Positions 26,521 through 38,880 of a DNA stretch of 64,000 nucleotides are shown one piece after another (position 1 is the first letter of the stretch; each line of letters opens with the position of its first letter). The DNA comes from Mytilus edulis. Taxonomy: Eukaryota. The position numbers and the translations under genes are program-made. The stretch lies in assembly GCF_963676685.1 (NCBI RefSeq), contig NC_092353.1, positions 17,670,001 to 17,734,000 on the forward strand. The letters run 5' to 3'. Below the pieces are notes generated by a model. It was given only the letters and a program-made list of their open reading frames with translations, was not told the origin of the DNA and searched no databases.

Positions 26521-28084
26521 AATTTGAATACTAACCATCGTTTTCGACATCACAATCAGTAACAGGGCATTCTATTTACTAGTAACTAAAATTTGAAAAA
26601 TGTGCTTGTTTTTCCTGTATCTTTTGTAATAAAATAGTATCTTGATTTCTCAAGGCCTCCTCAATATTATTGGTTTTTAATTTATTTTCATTGTTAGGTT
26701 GTCTGCCTTTCAATATAAAAAAATTGCTACAGCTTGTAAACAGTAGAAATTCACTGTTTTAAGTAATATACCTGGTTATTTGTGAGATATAAGACATTCA
26801 GAGGCTGTCATGATTATACTCCATGTTGTGTGATCATTATATATAAGTTAAAGATCAGTTAGTAAAAACGGTAGGAGTGTGCAGATAAGATGTTTCAAAA
26901 TGACAATTCCAGCGACTCATGTTCGAAACAATCCTATGAAAAAGTTCTCGTAAGTCATGGTTATTTAAGTATAACTTATAATCAATTTATGTCGTTCGAT
27001 TTTTTTGTGCAAAGAGCCCCTGAACCTTAAATGGGATAACATGCAACCATACTTGATCTAAGGCCATATATAATGCATTACAGATCTAAATTGATTTTAA
27101 ATTCCGTACCTAAAAGGTCAAGGTCATTGATACTTAACTACACCATAATTATTGCAGGCAAGAGTTTCCGGAGTGAAACTCCACAATCTTATTATTTGTA
27201 TCACGCAAATGATCCCTTCCATACTTATAGTGGGTACCGATTGGGATATGCAAATATGAGTTCATTCAAATAAAAAATAAAATTTAGTAACGACCAACGG
27301 GGATTTTGTCTTAAGCTTTGTGTATTACGTATTTACATTAAACACGAATGATACCGACTTTCAAACTCGACCATATATGTCATCAAACGAGAAATACACA
27401 ATACACGAAAAACACAAACTACTTATTTCAATATGAAAAGCAAATTAACTGAAAGTCGAATAAAACTTCAAAGAAGATTTAGATAAGATCAATATCAAGG
27501 GGACAATTAACAACTATTAATCCAAGAAAAACAGACACCGTAAGCAACTCGTACATCAGACGGGCGTTTTGTCTACATACAACTCATCAAAATCAAGTGT
27601 CACTTATCGTATCATCTGGAGAAATGGCATGCAGACTAAAACACAACAAACATTTTCGCCTACCTAATGCGTTTTATGAGGTGATTTGTGGATAATTTGT
27701 TATTTCCTGTTACTTTTTCTACTTCTGCACTGTATACTTATTATTTTTAAAACTGAGATCCAAAATTATAATTATTATCTTAACTCATTAAAATTACCAT
27801 TATTCTAAATATGATCATAGTTTATTAATATGCAAAGAAAAAGATGTTGTGAAGATCATGTTTAACAAGTTCTCAGGAAAGAAATGTACCAGGAGTGGAT
27901 ACTTTTGTACATATAAGTTTAATAATACCAAGGTTAAACTTGTCTGTCACTTATATATTAAATTAATAAGTGTATTAAGAATCTAACCACTTAGTCTTGT
28001 TTTAAGGAAGGTCAGTGGAAAAGACAGATACTTCACATGCTAGATATCAATTTATATTTGTTATCGCTCGACAACATTGACCTT

Positions 28085-28440
28085 GTGAGTTTATTTACAA
28101 CCACTAAGTCGATGCCACTTCTGGTGGAGTTTTAATTCCCAGAGGGTATCACCAGCTCAGTAGTCAGTACTTCTGTGTTGACTTGAGTTATCATTGATTT
28201 GTTCATAATTATAAATCAACAAAACTTTTGAATTTTGAGCTACTAAGGCTTTTCTACCTCAGGAATAGATTATCTTAACTATATTTGGCCAACCGTTTAG
28301 GAATTTGTTGTCCTAAATGCTCTTCTACTTCGTACTTTATTTGACCTTTTTAACATTTTTATATTCGAGCGTCATCGATGAGTCTTTTGTAGACAAAACG
28401 CACAAATGGCGTAAATAATTTCAATCCTGGTATCTATAAT
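28085..28440 (+). mobile_element. Near full-length decayed retrozyme monomer
   Basis: Colinear with 31720-32060; hammerhead mutated (tcgatgagtcttttgtagacaaaacgcac). Confidence 0.8.
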
Positions 28441-28789
28441 TTCCTTCACTTAAAAAGTAAGCTGTTCATAAAGTAATATGATAGCGCTAACGGTTGCCTT
28501 TATAATATCTTATTTCCTTGTTCGAATTTCATTTTCTTATTTCTTAAGTTTTCACTTACATTCTTTCGTCTGAGGTGTTTGAGCTTTAGATTTGGTCATT
28601 TAACTACGGACTTTCCGTTTTAAATTTTTCCTCGGAGTTCGGTATTTTTGTTTTTTTAATTTTTGAAGGACACAACACAAAACCATAAATAAATGTTTAG
28701 ACGCCAAATAACGATTTCAAACAATATACATAGATATCAACGAAATGCCAATGAGCCTTTTCAACCGTACCGAATTAAGAAAAATAATG

Positions 28790-29580
28790 ATTTAGATATT
28801 CTCCCAAATAAGACATGACATCTTTTGTCTTCTCGTATAAAGATATTATTGTTAATAACCTAATCGAAATGGATCGAAAAAATCAATTCAAAACAATGGT
28901 TGATGTAAAATAAAATCATATAAAAAAGAACAAACCAAAATTAATAGGGGATATTGTAAAGATGGTGAAATATGCTGGGCACTGAATTTTTTTTCACAAT
29001 TCAGAATGTAGAATTTCATGTTTGTCTCACAAAATGGACTTTTTTGGAAATCGCAAAATGCAAATTTTCATAAAGCATAATGGTGACAAAATGATTGTCG
29101 ACAAGAAAGTCGTGTTTACAGTAAATACAGAGACTTTACCAATAACCCATATTGTATGGTAGTTTGTAGCAATGGTGACATGTGTATTGCAGGACAAAGT
29201 TTTGACTGGTGTCTACCTAATAATCGTGTTGGAAGCAGAATTTAATTTCCGGTTTTCATACGATAGAATATCATCGACGCATATTTTTCGTCCATTATCA
29301 AGTGCAGATTTCTTGAAAGACAATATTATCATGGTAACGAAACAGACAAACACAATAGATAAAAATACTTATTTTTTATAAATAATTTCAAAACCGAAGA
29401 TTAAATCTTTATCGTTACAATAGACGAAAATGGTTGTGAAATCGGTTGTCAACGTTTCAAGTTACCCTCCGATGTGGCCACTATTTTTAAATATGTCCGT
29501 TATATAACTTTTGACAGTGATTTAATGGTGTTGATTACAACAAATTTTGGACGAATAATTTTAGTTCTTTTCAAAGTAAA
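28790..29580 (+). pseudogene. Pseudogene of the propeller family (closest to B/C)
   Basis: Frameshifted fragments SQKWT, SNGDMCIAGQ, IIVLEAEFNFRFSYDRISSTHIFRP, TIDENG and VRYITFDSDLMVLITTNFGRIILVLFK align with gene C (QKWT, SNGNICIAGE, VVVLDSNFHFRYFYDR, IIDENG, VRFITIDNKSKAWMITDAGQIIVATFK). Confidence 0.82.
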
Positions 29581-30039
29581 ATGTTTGTTAAAATTCAAAA
29601 CAAAATTGTGTTTGTTGATTGCTTCTTACTTTTTGTATACTAGCATACGAAAACGCTCTATTGTGTGACATATGTCTAACATATAAAACAACCTTGTGAT
29701 TTGACATGACGTGTAATTAACTTGAAGAAATTAACATTACATTTCGCACAGGAAAGGGTGAATATCCTGGATAGCTTAAGGACGGGAAGAAACATGGTTA
29801 TATAGGAAGTACAATGTAATATAATTTCATATGTTTTCCTGCGTTGATAAAACCGTAAAAAAACATTTGTTATTATCTTTTTAAATAAAGTTGTGAAAAT
29901 TCAAAGGGAACAATTTTAGATTGTTAAAAAATGAATACCGAGAATTCACGGCATAATATTTTCTTGTAATCCAATATAAGGTGATAGAGAAAGATATTGC
30001 AATGTTATTAAAGATAATATTAGTGAATTGATTTATTGT

Positions 30040-30280
30040 TGTTCATCAGCACTTTTAGTGATGAAAAGCCTTTTTATGGCGGTCTTTTTTTTTATTGCTG
30101 GAGGGACCCTGAGTGTCTGGAAGAACCACCGATCTTCGGTAGGAATACTGATAGTCCTAGTCAATTCAGATTGGAGTCGAGTAACCTGCCACTTGTGGAA
30201 TTCGATCTCACAACCGTCGTTTTGATAGGCTTGTTATACAGCTGTTTGTCTACCTAAGACTACTAGCCACCGATGCCCCC
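30040..30280 (-). mobile_element. Degenerate tRNA-derived SINE
   Basis: Minus strand starts ggggcatcggtggctagtag (A-box-like), has gagatcgaattcc (B-box-like) and a ggtggttcttccagacactcagggtccctccagcaataaaaa core resembling the conserved central domain of molluscan SINEs. Confidence 0.55.
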
Positions 30281-31667
30281 AAAAGCTAAGAAAAAAACAC
30301 TACTCTTATTTCCAACTCAAACCATATACGTATGACATTCAGAACAACATTATTATTCATTTCATTTGTATCAGATGTTATAAAAAACAAATTATACATT
30401 CATAAAGCAGTGTCCATAAATAAGAGTATGTAACAACATGTAACATTTACCAGGGAAACAATATAGGACAAGAGATACAAGACAGAAAGTTCCAAAGAAA
30501 TACAGATGAAGATAAAAATAACAATACAAATCGAAAGAAGCGAAACGAAACATATGTACATTAAAAGGTGATAAAGAATTGTGCGAAAAGAGCATGGTAA
30601 AATATTAAACTCAAATTGGGGAAAATATGTATTTTTTGGTTTTATACATTACTAGAATAGGTTTGGTACTAGCTTACTACTAATGTGTAACTAGTAAACC
30701 CACATTTATATGCATGTCCAAGATAAGAAATCCATGTATTGTCTCTTCGTTGTTCTGTTCAGCATTCAGTGTTGGTATTTTACACCTTGATTAGACTGCA
30801 TAAGATTTGGAGCATATCACAATGAGTGGAATATATTTGTCCTAAAGTACTTTTTTAGTTGATGTGTACCTGACGTGTATTCAATATATCCGTATAAGTG
30901 AAATTGTATGACTTGGAGTGCAGGTTCTATCAGACAGGGTCAACTCGACTGGTATCAAATTCTAATTTCAAAAAGACAAAATATAACAACGTGATAAAGG
31001 TAAGAGATAAGTTGGAACCATGCTTATGCATCAAAATCATAATTCTGCACAACAATAATCTAAACGGTACCAATGTCTATGCACATTATGTGAATTTCGA
31101 AAATTGATATCTCTTCAGTGATGCTCGAGGCTAAATATTTAAAAATCTAAAACCTAATACAACATGTGGTATTTTTGTACAAGCGTTGACGAACTGATAA
31201 ATCTAGATGTATAGCCAAATCCTGAACGTGATCAAAGCTTTCCATACATTATATATCTTCCTCGTTAAAGTGAGGTCTGCAGTATTATAAATTAAACAGC
31301 GACATTTAAAGATAATAACAAATCTAACAAATGTTATTTCAGCTGCTTAAGTTTTCAGCAAATGTAATCAGTATTTTAAAATTAATTGTTTAAATGAAAA
31401 GTCTTTAGTTACAAATGAAAACCACGATAATTGACACTTCTTAACCTCATACAAAGTTATTGTCTATTGTTCTGTTGTTCTTTAAGACGTTGCGCTGAAT
31501 CATACAAGAAATCTTGTACAAAATAGGTGTTTGTATATGGAAACTCCACTTGAAACAATAATAATTTCTTGAGTGTTTTTATTTCAAAACAAAAAGAGGT
31601 TGTCCGAAATCAAGTTATATTTGTGCTTGATAGTTTTAAATGCTTTTGTTTATTCATAACTTTATTA

Positions 31668-32073
31668 AGACGAAACGCGCGTCTGGCGTACTAAATTATA
31701 TCCTGGTACCTTTGATAACTGTTTACACCACTGGGTCGATGCCACTGCTGGTGGACGTTTCGTCCCCGAGGGTATCACCAGCCCAGTAGTCAGCACTTCG
31801 GTGTTGACATGAATATCAATTATATGGTCATTTTTATAAATTTCCTGTTACAAAACTTTGAATTTTTCGAAAAACTTAGGATTTTCTTATCCCAGGAATT
31901 AATTACCTTATCCGTATTTAGCACAACTTTTGGAATTTTGGGTCGTCAATGCTCTTCAACTTTGTACTTGTTTGGCTGGATAACTATTTTGATCTGAGCG
32001 TCACTGATGAGTCTTATGTAGACGAAACGCGCGTCTGGCGTACTAAATTATATTCCTGGTACCTTTGATAACT
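31668..32073 (+). mobile_element. Non-LTR retrozyme: 352-nt monomer with terminal direct repeat
   Basis: A direct repeat of about 53 bp (31668-31720 / 32020-32073) places hammerhead GTC cleavage sites at 31683 and 32035, 352 nt apart. This agrees with the roughly 350-nt hammerhead retrozyme circRNAs reported for Mytilus. Confidence 0.88.
31998..32041 (+). ncRNA. Minimal type I hammerhead ribozyme
   Basis: gcgtca-CTGATGA-gtct(tatgt)agac-GAAA-cgcgcg-TC^tggcgt; all core nucleotides are canonical. Confidence 0.9.
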
Positions 32074-33369
32074 ATTCTTACAACTGGAATCTAACCATTT
32101 TGTTCTTGTATAATGAACCGTAGTATTTCAAACAATTTTTGATACAAACAGTGCAGTATTGTTTTTACATGGTAGTGGCAAATGATTAACACACATTACA
32201 TTTCGCATACGTAATTTTAAAGCCCTTTATTTTGGTGTGATCAAATACCCCGTGTTGAAAGCCATACTTTGACCTATAAGTGTTACTTTTTTATGTACAT
32301 TTTGACTTAAATGAAGGGTTGTTTCAATGGCATTCATACCAAATCTTATTGATAATGTAAAGAATGATTTTTAAATATGAACATGTTAGGCATGTGTTAA
32401 ATATGTGATAAAAAGATCATAATATGAAAGTATGCTTACCAGTGGAAGATATTTTATGTTTCAAAAGACAAACAAAAAGCACATACAAATACTAATATAA
32501 GTGTACGCTTTAGCAGAATAAAACAAAATAAAAAACAATTGCATATTGCTTCATTTTATCATATATTTGTTTAATATAACTTTAGTCAAAGGAAGAAATG
32601 AATATGCAAAACAAATTATAATGTTAAATAAACAATAATTATAACATTAGGTTTGAATCACAAGAAATCATGTTCTTTATCCCACTTCAGTATTGTAGTA
32701 TGTTTCGGATGAAAACTATTGATCAGATCTTCCGGGCGGAAATTATAGATTTATATATTATTTGTCAATAATATGTAATGTAAAAGGCGCTTACAGGTTC
32801 TTTCACATAGATGAATTTTATGCCAATAAATGATACTACTAGCTTGCTTAACTTCCTGCACAGGATAAAGTCTAATCCTGAAGTAAGTGTATCAATATAA
32901 TATATCTTGTTACATTTAAATTGTTGTTATAACTATTTATTTATGGTGAAAATTAAGATAAGGAGTTAATATTAATTAATAAAGTTAACTCTTTACAATA
33001 TTTGATTTTAAATTCATCCGGTAGTGAAATTGACTTTTATTCTATTGTGCAACGCTTATAATATTTTTAAATTAACTTTTATTGTTTTGTCCTACTCTTT
33101 TATGATTTTCGTTTAATAGTTATTATCATATTCTATTAAATATGTATTACAGTCACATGGTACGCATTTTAAATTAAACAATGCCGAAAATAATATATAT
33201 TATGTTCAACTCTTACGTCTAATATATGTTTGCTTTTAAGGAATTTATTATTATAAATACGTGTGTTTACAATATAATTACATTTTTATCTTGCAGTTAA
33301 AAAATTCAAATGGCAAACGACATCCATGTGTCTAAGAAAGGAACAGTCTTCATTGAACATAATTAAGTG

Positions 33370-34707
33370 ATGATAATAATAGTACGTTACCGTACGCCTG
33401 AGCTTGATATTGATGACCGACCAGGGTCCTGTTTTGAGTCATTTTCGTCGTCAGACTATCTTGATGGAAGTCCTGGAGGAACAGAAAAGACACTCATTAG
33501 TCATGAACTCGACTTCGACGATCTAGATTCAGATCACCGAAGTACGGCATATTCACGTCAAATAGTTGGGATGTCATCGGATTGTCTTGATGGATCAAAA
33601 GGTACTGACGAAAACAACCTTTCCAGTACACACAAGCTTGTCACTGGAACATTGCAGTATTTTGGAGAGTCGTCTTGTAGTATCGACAATGCAACGGATA
33701 GTTTGGATGGAAATCCACATATTATGAAACCGTCGATTATCAACGTGGCATCAAACATCAAAACATCGGATGATGCAGGAACAGAAATATCAGAAAACGG
33801 CGTTAGTGTTAAAGTTGTCAGTCTTCCATATTTGAAAACAGATGATAGAATACAGTGTGTTTTGGAATTTGATTCTAGCTTTAGAAATATATTGGATATA
33901 TACCCTATAACCCCTACTGTAGCTTGGGTTTACAATTTAGAAAGACTTAGACTGATTGATATAGGCGGAAAACTGTTGTTTGATTATCCTTTGAAAGGTG
34001 GATTCTTATATCTTCAGGGTACAGAGAACATCAATGAAGTTCTCCTTCTTGACCATGGAGAAAACAAGATTATAAAAGTTGTGTTGAGTAAAGATACAAG
34101 TAACCAAACAGATGCGTTGATTGGGCCGTTGATAGACATGGGTACAAATGAAAAAACACAAAACAAAATAAAACATTTTCTTTTACGCAAGTCAGGGGAC
34201 ATAGTTGTATGTGTGAGCCGTAAACTTAGAAAATGTGGATGCATTCCGACAAATATATTATATATACAGATTTACAGTAGAGACGGACTTTTTCTTCGTG
34301 AAACAAAACTTCAACATAATGGAACAAATCTTACAGGCGATATTTACGCTATCACTGAAAATAATAATGGGCATATATGTTTAGCTGGCAATAAAGATAC
34401 AGATAATAATTCACATTATCTAGTCGACCTTGACATTCAGTTGAGGGAACACTTTTTCTTTGATGGAAATGAATCAGACACCAATTTTTTCCCAACGTCT
34501 TTAGCAACCACTCGCCGAAACGATATACTATTTGTGAATAATCTAGAACAAATACAAGTCATCGATGAAAATGGGAAGATTTTAAGAAATATACTAACAG
34601 ACAGCTTCATCTCCCATGGTAGACCAGAACGTATTGCTACGGACAGAGAAGAAAAGCTATGGATTGTCACGAGTTTAGGCAAAATCCTCAGTGTTCAATT
34701 AAAATAA
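33370..34707 (+). CDS. Propeller family gene D (about 445 aa; start uncertain)
   Basis: Intact ORF with RKLRKCGCIP loop, ITENNNGHICLAG, FFPTSLATT, VIDENGKILR and IATDREEKLWI. Acceptor cttgcag ends at 33296; candidate donor aa|gtaagt at 32883. The first ATG (33310) is in frame but stopped at 33364. Confidence 0.85.
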   Translation: MIIIVRYRTPELDIDDRPGSCFESFSSSDYLDGSPGGTEKTLISHELDFDDLDSDHRSTAYSRQIVGMSSDCLDGSKGTDENNLSSTHKLVTGTLQYFGESSCSIDNATDSLDGNPHIMKPSIINVASNIKTSDDAGTEISENGVSVKVVSLPYLKTDDRIQCVLEFDSSFRNILDIYPITPTVAWVYNLERLRLIDIGGKLLFDYPLKGGFLYLQGTENINEVLLLDHGENKIIKVVLSKDTSNQTDALIGPLIDMGTNEKTQNKIKHFLLRKSGDIVVCVSRKLRKCGCIPTNILYIQIYSRDGLFLRETKLQHNGTNLTGDIYAITENNNGHICLAGNKDTDNNSHYLVDLDIQLREHFFFDGNESDTNFFPTSLATTRRNDILFVNNLEQIQVIDENGKILRNILTDSFISHGRPERIATDREEKLWIVTSLGKILSVQLK

Positions 34708-37039
34708 ACCAGTTTTGTAAATACTGTATCGTGATTATGAATTACCTATGACTATTAATCATCATGGATTTATAGCTCCTTTTCAAATGTTTCTAGTCCA
34801 CCTACAAAGGGGAAAACCCTAATTCAAAAATATCTTTGAGATTGTATAAAAAATATATTGTGCGTGCTATTGAATCGATATAAAGATTTCTTCGTCAGTG
34901 TTTATAAAAATAACTTATAGAAAAAAGTACGTTTATACCATGTATACTGATTGGTGTAGGTAAGAAATTGTGTCTCAATGACAAAATTGTATTTCATTTT
35001 TTTTTTTTTTTTGTAAATTAAGGATGCTGTCTAATTTATGCTGACCCCATGTAGCCTGTGGTCATACTTTGTTAGCTAAGCTGTAAATAATCCCTTTCGA
35101 TGATAATATTTAAGACATTAAAAAAAAACATGACAACAGGTACAAATTAAGGTTATACTTCCTGTATCTTGTCGAATATAAAGTTTATCATTTGACAAGT
35201 AATTATAGCGTAGCATATCACAATGTAAGTAGTATACTTGATTATTTCAGTATTTTTGGTAGATTTAGGTTTCGCTCGCGTGCTTTTTTCAAACTTACTT
35301 GGTCAGTTTAATCGGATAATACATGTAAATGTATGCGTTTGATATCAAACCATAAACTGCGCATTTTGTGATAAATACCTTTGATAAATGTTACTGTGAT
35401 GGTTTATTGGTCATGTTTTTATCTTTCACGAAGTTTTACCTTAATTGAGGGATGTGTCGTCCATTCATATTCGTTTTTCTTGAATGGTACTATTTTGCAT
35501 GCATTTTTTTAGTCAATTCTATATGGATACATTTACAATTTAGAATTATGTCCCTCTATTACGGAAGTACAACTAAGATGGTATTTTATAAATCAAAAAA
35601 GGTCTTGCGTGTTTTGTTTGATTTAAAAAAAATATTTATTTCATTCTATCTATTTTGATATTCTGTTTGTATGACCCTTTTTATATTTTTTATTATTTGA
35701 TCGTGTTGCACCTAGCTCTCCGTGATACAACTATAAACAATAATTTCAAGTTTATTATATACCATTTGTACGTATTTAAAATGCATTTGAGGTAGAAGAA
35801 AAACATGGGATGTTTTGAAATTGATAAACAATTCTCATGGGACCAATTACAGTTTGACGTCATATTTATGAATAAACCGCTTTGAATGAAAATGTTGGGG
35901 TTGACCTGGTTTTAACGCACCGGACCTGTCATAACCTGTAGATGATGGTTGCACTTTTATATTTGAGTAAATGTCGTGCAGTCTTGATAAGCACAGCTAA
36001 TCGAATCGATTGTGTATTGTATATTCCGATTCATAAAACCCTTATCAGCAAGGTATGTGTAAGGGTCCACTTAAAAGAATGCGATCTTTCATCTGAAGAA
36101 AAATTTGAAAGTCATTCATTTTATGATAATCTAATGAAACAGTGCACCAATAATAAAGTGAATTCAATATGTAGCTAAATTATTACACGGATAAAATATC
36201 AAAACCACCTTCAATTAACAAGATTACCTCAAAGCAGTACTACACAACAAAATGTGCGACCACCACCCAACTCAAAGAACATATGTCACTATACTCAAAA
36301 TGTACCTCAAAACGAGTATAGCAAAACAGAAATCATAATCTGGTCGATCATCGTGGAGTATATGTATTTAATCTAATCATGTATAAAGTAAAATCACAAA
36401 AATACTCCAAGGAAAAATTCAAAAAGAAAAGTCCCTCATCAAACTGCAAACTCAATAGCTTAAAAACATCAAACAAATGAACTACAAATATAATATTCTT
36501 GACTTGGTACATGTATTTTTTTTAAGAAAACCGTAGATTGAACCTGGTTTTATTGCTAGATTAACCTTTAACTTATATGACAGTTGCATCAAATTCCATT
36601 ATATTGACAACGATGTGTGAACAAAACAGACATTATCGGTAAAAATGTCAATAATGAGGATTCAGCAGTCATTATCTTATAATCTTTATCACTATAAAAA
36701 CAAACAAATATGTATCAAAGAAGCACAAAAAGGCATATAAACAAAGGACATTAGCAAGAATGAAAGACAAAAATACAAAAATTTACGATAGCGCAATAAC
36801 ATAATGACGAGATGTATAAGTACAGAGCAACGTCATATATTTTAAAGAAACGTAAAAAAAAACATATAAACAAAGCACATTAGCAAACCTAAAACACAAT
36901 AATACACAAAGTCACGCCAAATGCATATCATCAAAATAGACTAAGCAATAAAAGTAATATCCATAATATAAATAAAAGAATACTATAACGCGTAATTAAT
37001 AGCAAAAACAAGTCGATACCCAGATCCTATACTTCAAGA

Positions 37040-38330
37040 CCATTCGTGTATCATTTGTGAAGTTGATACGGAATATTTACCAACAAGGTCTTTCGATTAA
37101 CTTTTTTTGAAAAAAGAACGAGACGTTTTTTGACTTACCCCTGGTTCATCATTTTTCTGCGCAGATACTGGTGACTGTTAACAAAGTCTGAGTAGGAGCT
37201 ACAACCTCTTGAATATTGAATAAGTTTGAAAATGTATACCCAATATGCAGGTGAAGTTAGTATATTACTACTAAAGTGGGGTAAATTGATAATTTCAAAA
37301 TTAAAACTCGTTTGTCATAGATTCTGGTACTGAGATGACCGTGTATGTCAAATTCGCGGCATAAGTCTAATAATGAGACGGAGGAAGCCGTGTATGTTGT
37401 TTCTTTAAAGTCTAGCTTTGGTAGATATTAATTGAACCCAATTATAAAAGTTTGGATTGTTTATGGAAAGAACATCATCAATATATCTGAATTTGAAATT
37501 AAATGTGCTGGCATCTTTGATCGTCATGTTTTTGACACATGTCTGAAGGAACTACGATTCATATGAAAATAAGAAGAAGTAGGCAAGGAGAGGTACACAG
37601 TTCATTCCCATAGTAATGCCGACAATTTGCTGAAAAAGTCTACCTCCAAATTTAACAACTATGTCGTCAAAAACCAAGCATACTGATCACTTGTTCCTCT
37701 GTGTAGCATGTTTGCAATTTTGTTCACTATTACCAAAATATGCCGTATGGTATCCCAAAGTAATAAATGTATAGCGTGTGCTATCATTTTTATGTTGACA
37801 AGCATTGTGAATTATTTCTTTTAGACCGTTTTTCAATTTCACTTGTTTCGTTTGCTTTGGCCGCAAATCCTTTTCTCTCTTATAACATCAGAGAATGTCC
37901 TGCTTTGTTTTTGCAGAACGATAGATGGAACGTCGAGACATATTTTTTAACAGCTTATGTTATGGTTACTTCGGATCACCTCCCAGATAGTCTAATATTC
38001 TTGTGCAGATGGTACAGGAAATTCTTGTAATTAAAGAAGTTAAATGATTGATTTAACGTACTCCGGGTAATAATTCGTGGACAACCGTTTGGCATTTTGT
38101 AATTTTCGTTAAGTTGTTTGCAGTTTTTGTATCTTTTTATTTTGCAGCTTGTTTTACTAATGATTTATTGATAGTTATATAATTGGCATTACTTTCCATA
38201 TAATTGTCTTGCTTATGTTAAATGAAGTGTTGAACAACCAGAAGAATTTTTCTTTTCTGAATAGAATTTATCTGATGATACTAGTGAACAACTTTGGGTT
38301 AAGGTTCAGATTATAGGGTCACCTGATTTA
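37040..38330 (-). mobile_element. Penelope-like element RT relic
   Basis: Minus strand gives FNFKFRYIDDVL (about 37470-37505) and VEFGGRLFQQIVGITMGMNCVPLLAYFFLFSYES (about 37555-37655); many stops. Confidence 0.8.
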
Positions 38331-38880
38331 TACATAGGTAGTTTTTATAAACCTCCAAATAAAACTGAGGAGGACTGTTTAACACACTTAGGAGAAGGCA
38401 AGGCAAAAATTTGGTTAGGTGGTGATTTTAATCTGGGTGGAATCGATTGGAATAATTATTCCATAAAACAAATGGCATACAACTCAAAACAATGTCAGCA
38501 ATTAATAGACATATGCCAAGACAACCAGCTAGAACAAGTTGTAACAACACCAACACACTTTACAGAAACATCACAGGCCGTCTTGGTCTCTTTTTTTACT
38601 AATAACAGTTGTACTCTGGAATTCACTTCCACAAAACATCATTAGTGTTAACTCTTTGGATCAGTTTGAAATACTGATCCACAGTCAACATATTTCGTTA
38701 TCCACTCTGTTTGTACATATAGGTAAATGAGTTATTTTTATTTTTATTTTTGCACAAATTTAATTTTGGATTAATGCACTCATTATATTGTTACTTTTTA
38801 TTAAGTGTCTGCTTGCGATGCGCCGACGTATAGTCATCAATGTGCTGATTTATCGTCGTACGATGTAGATGTAGATGTAT
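38330..38880 (+). mobile_element. Internally deleted CR1/L2-group LINE: AP-endonuclease fragment fused to ORF2 C-terminus and 3' tail
   Basis: IGSFYKPPN, KIWLGGDFNLGGIDW, LEQVVTTPT and ...FFTNN are followed directly by LWNSLPQNIISVNSLDQF and a (GATGTA)3 tail. Confidence 0.75.
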
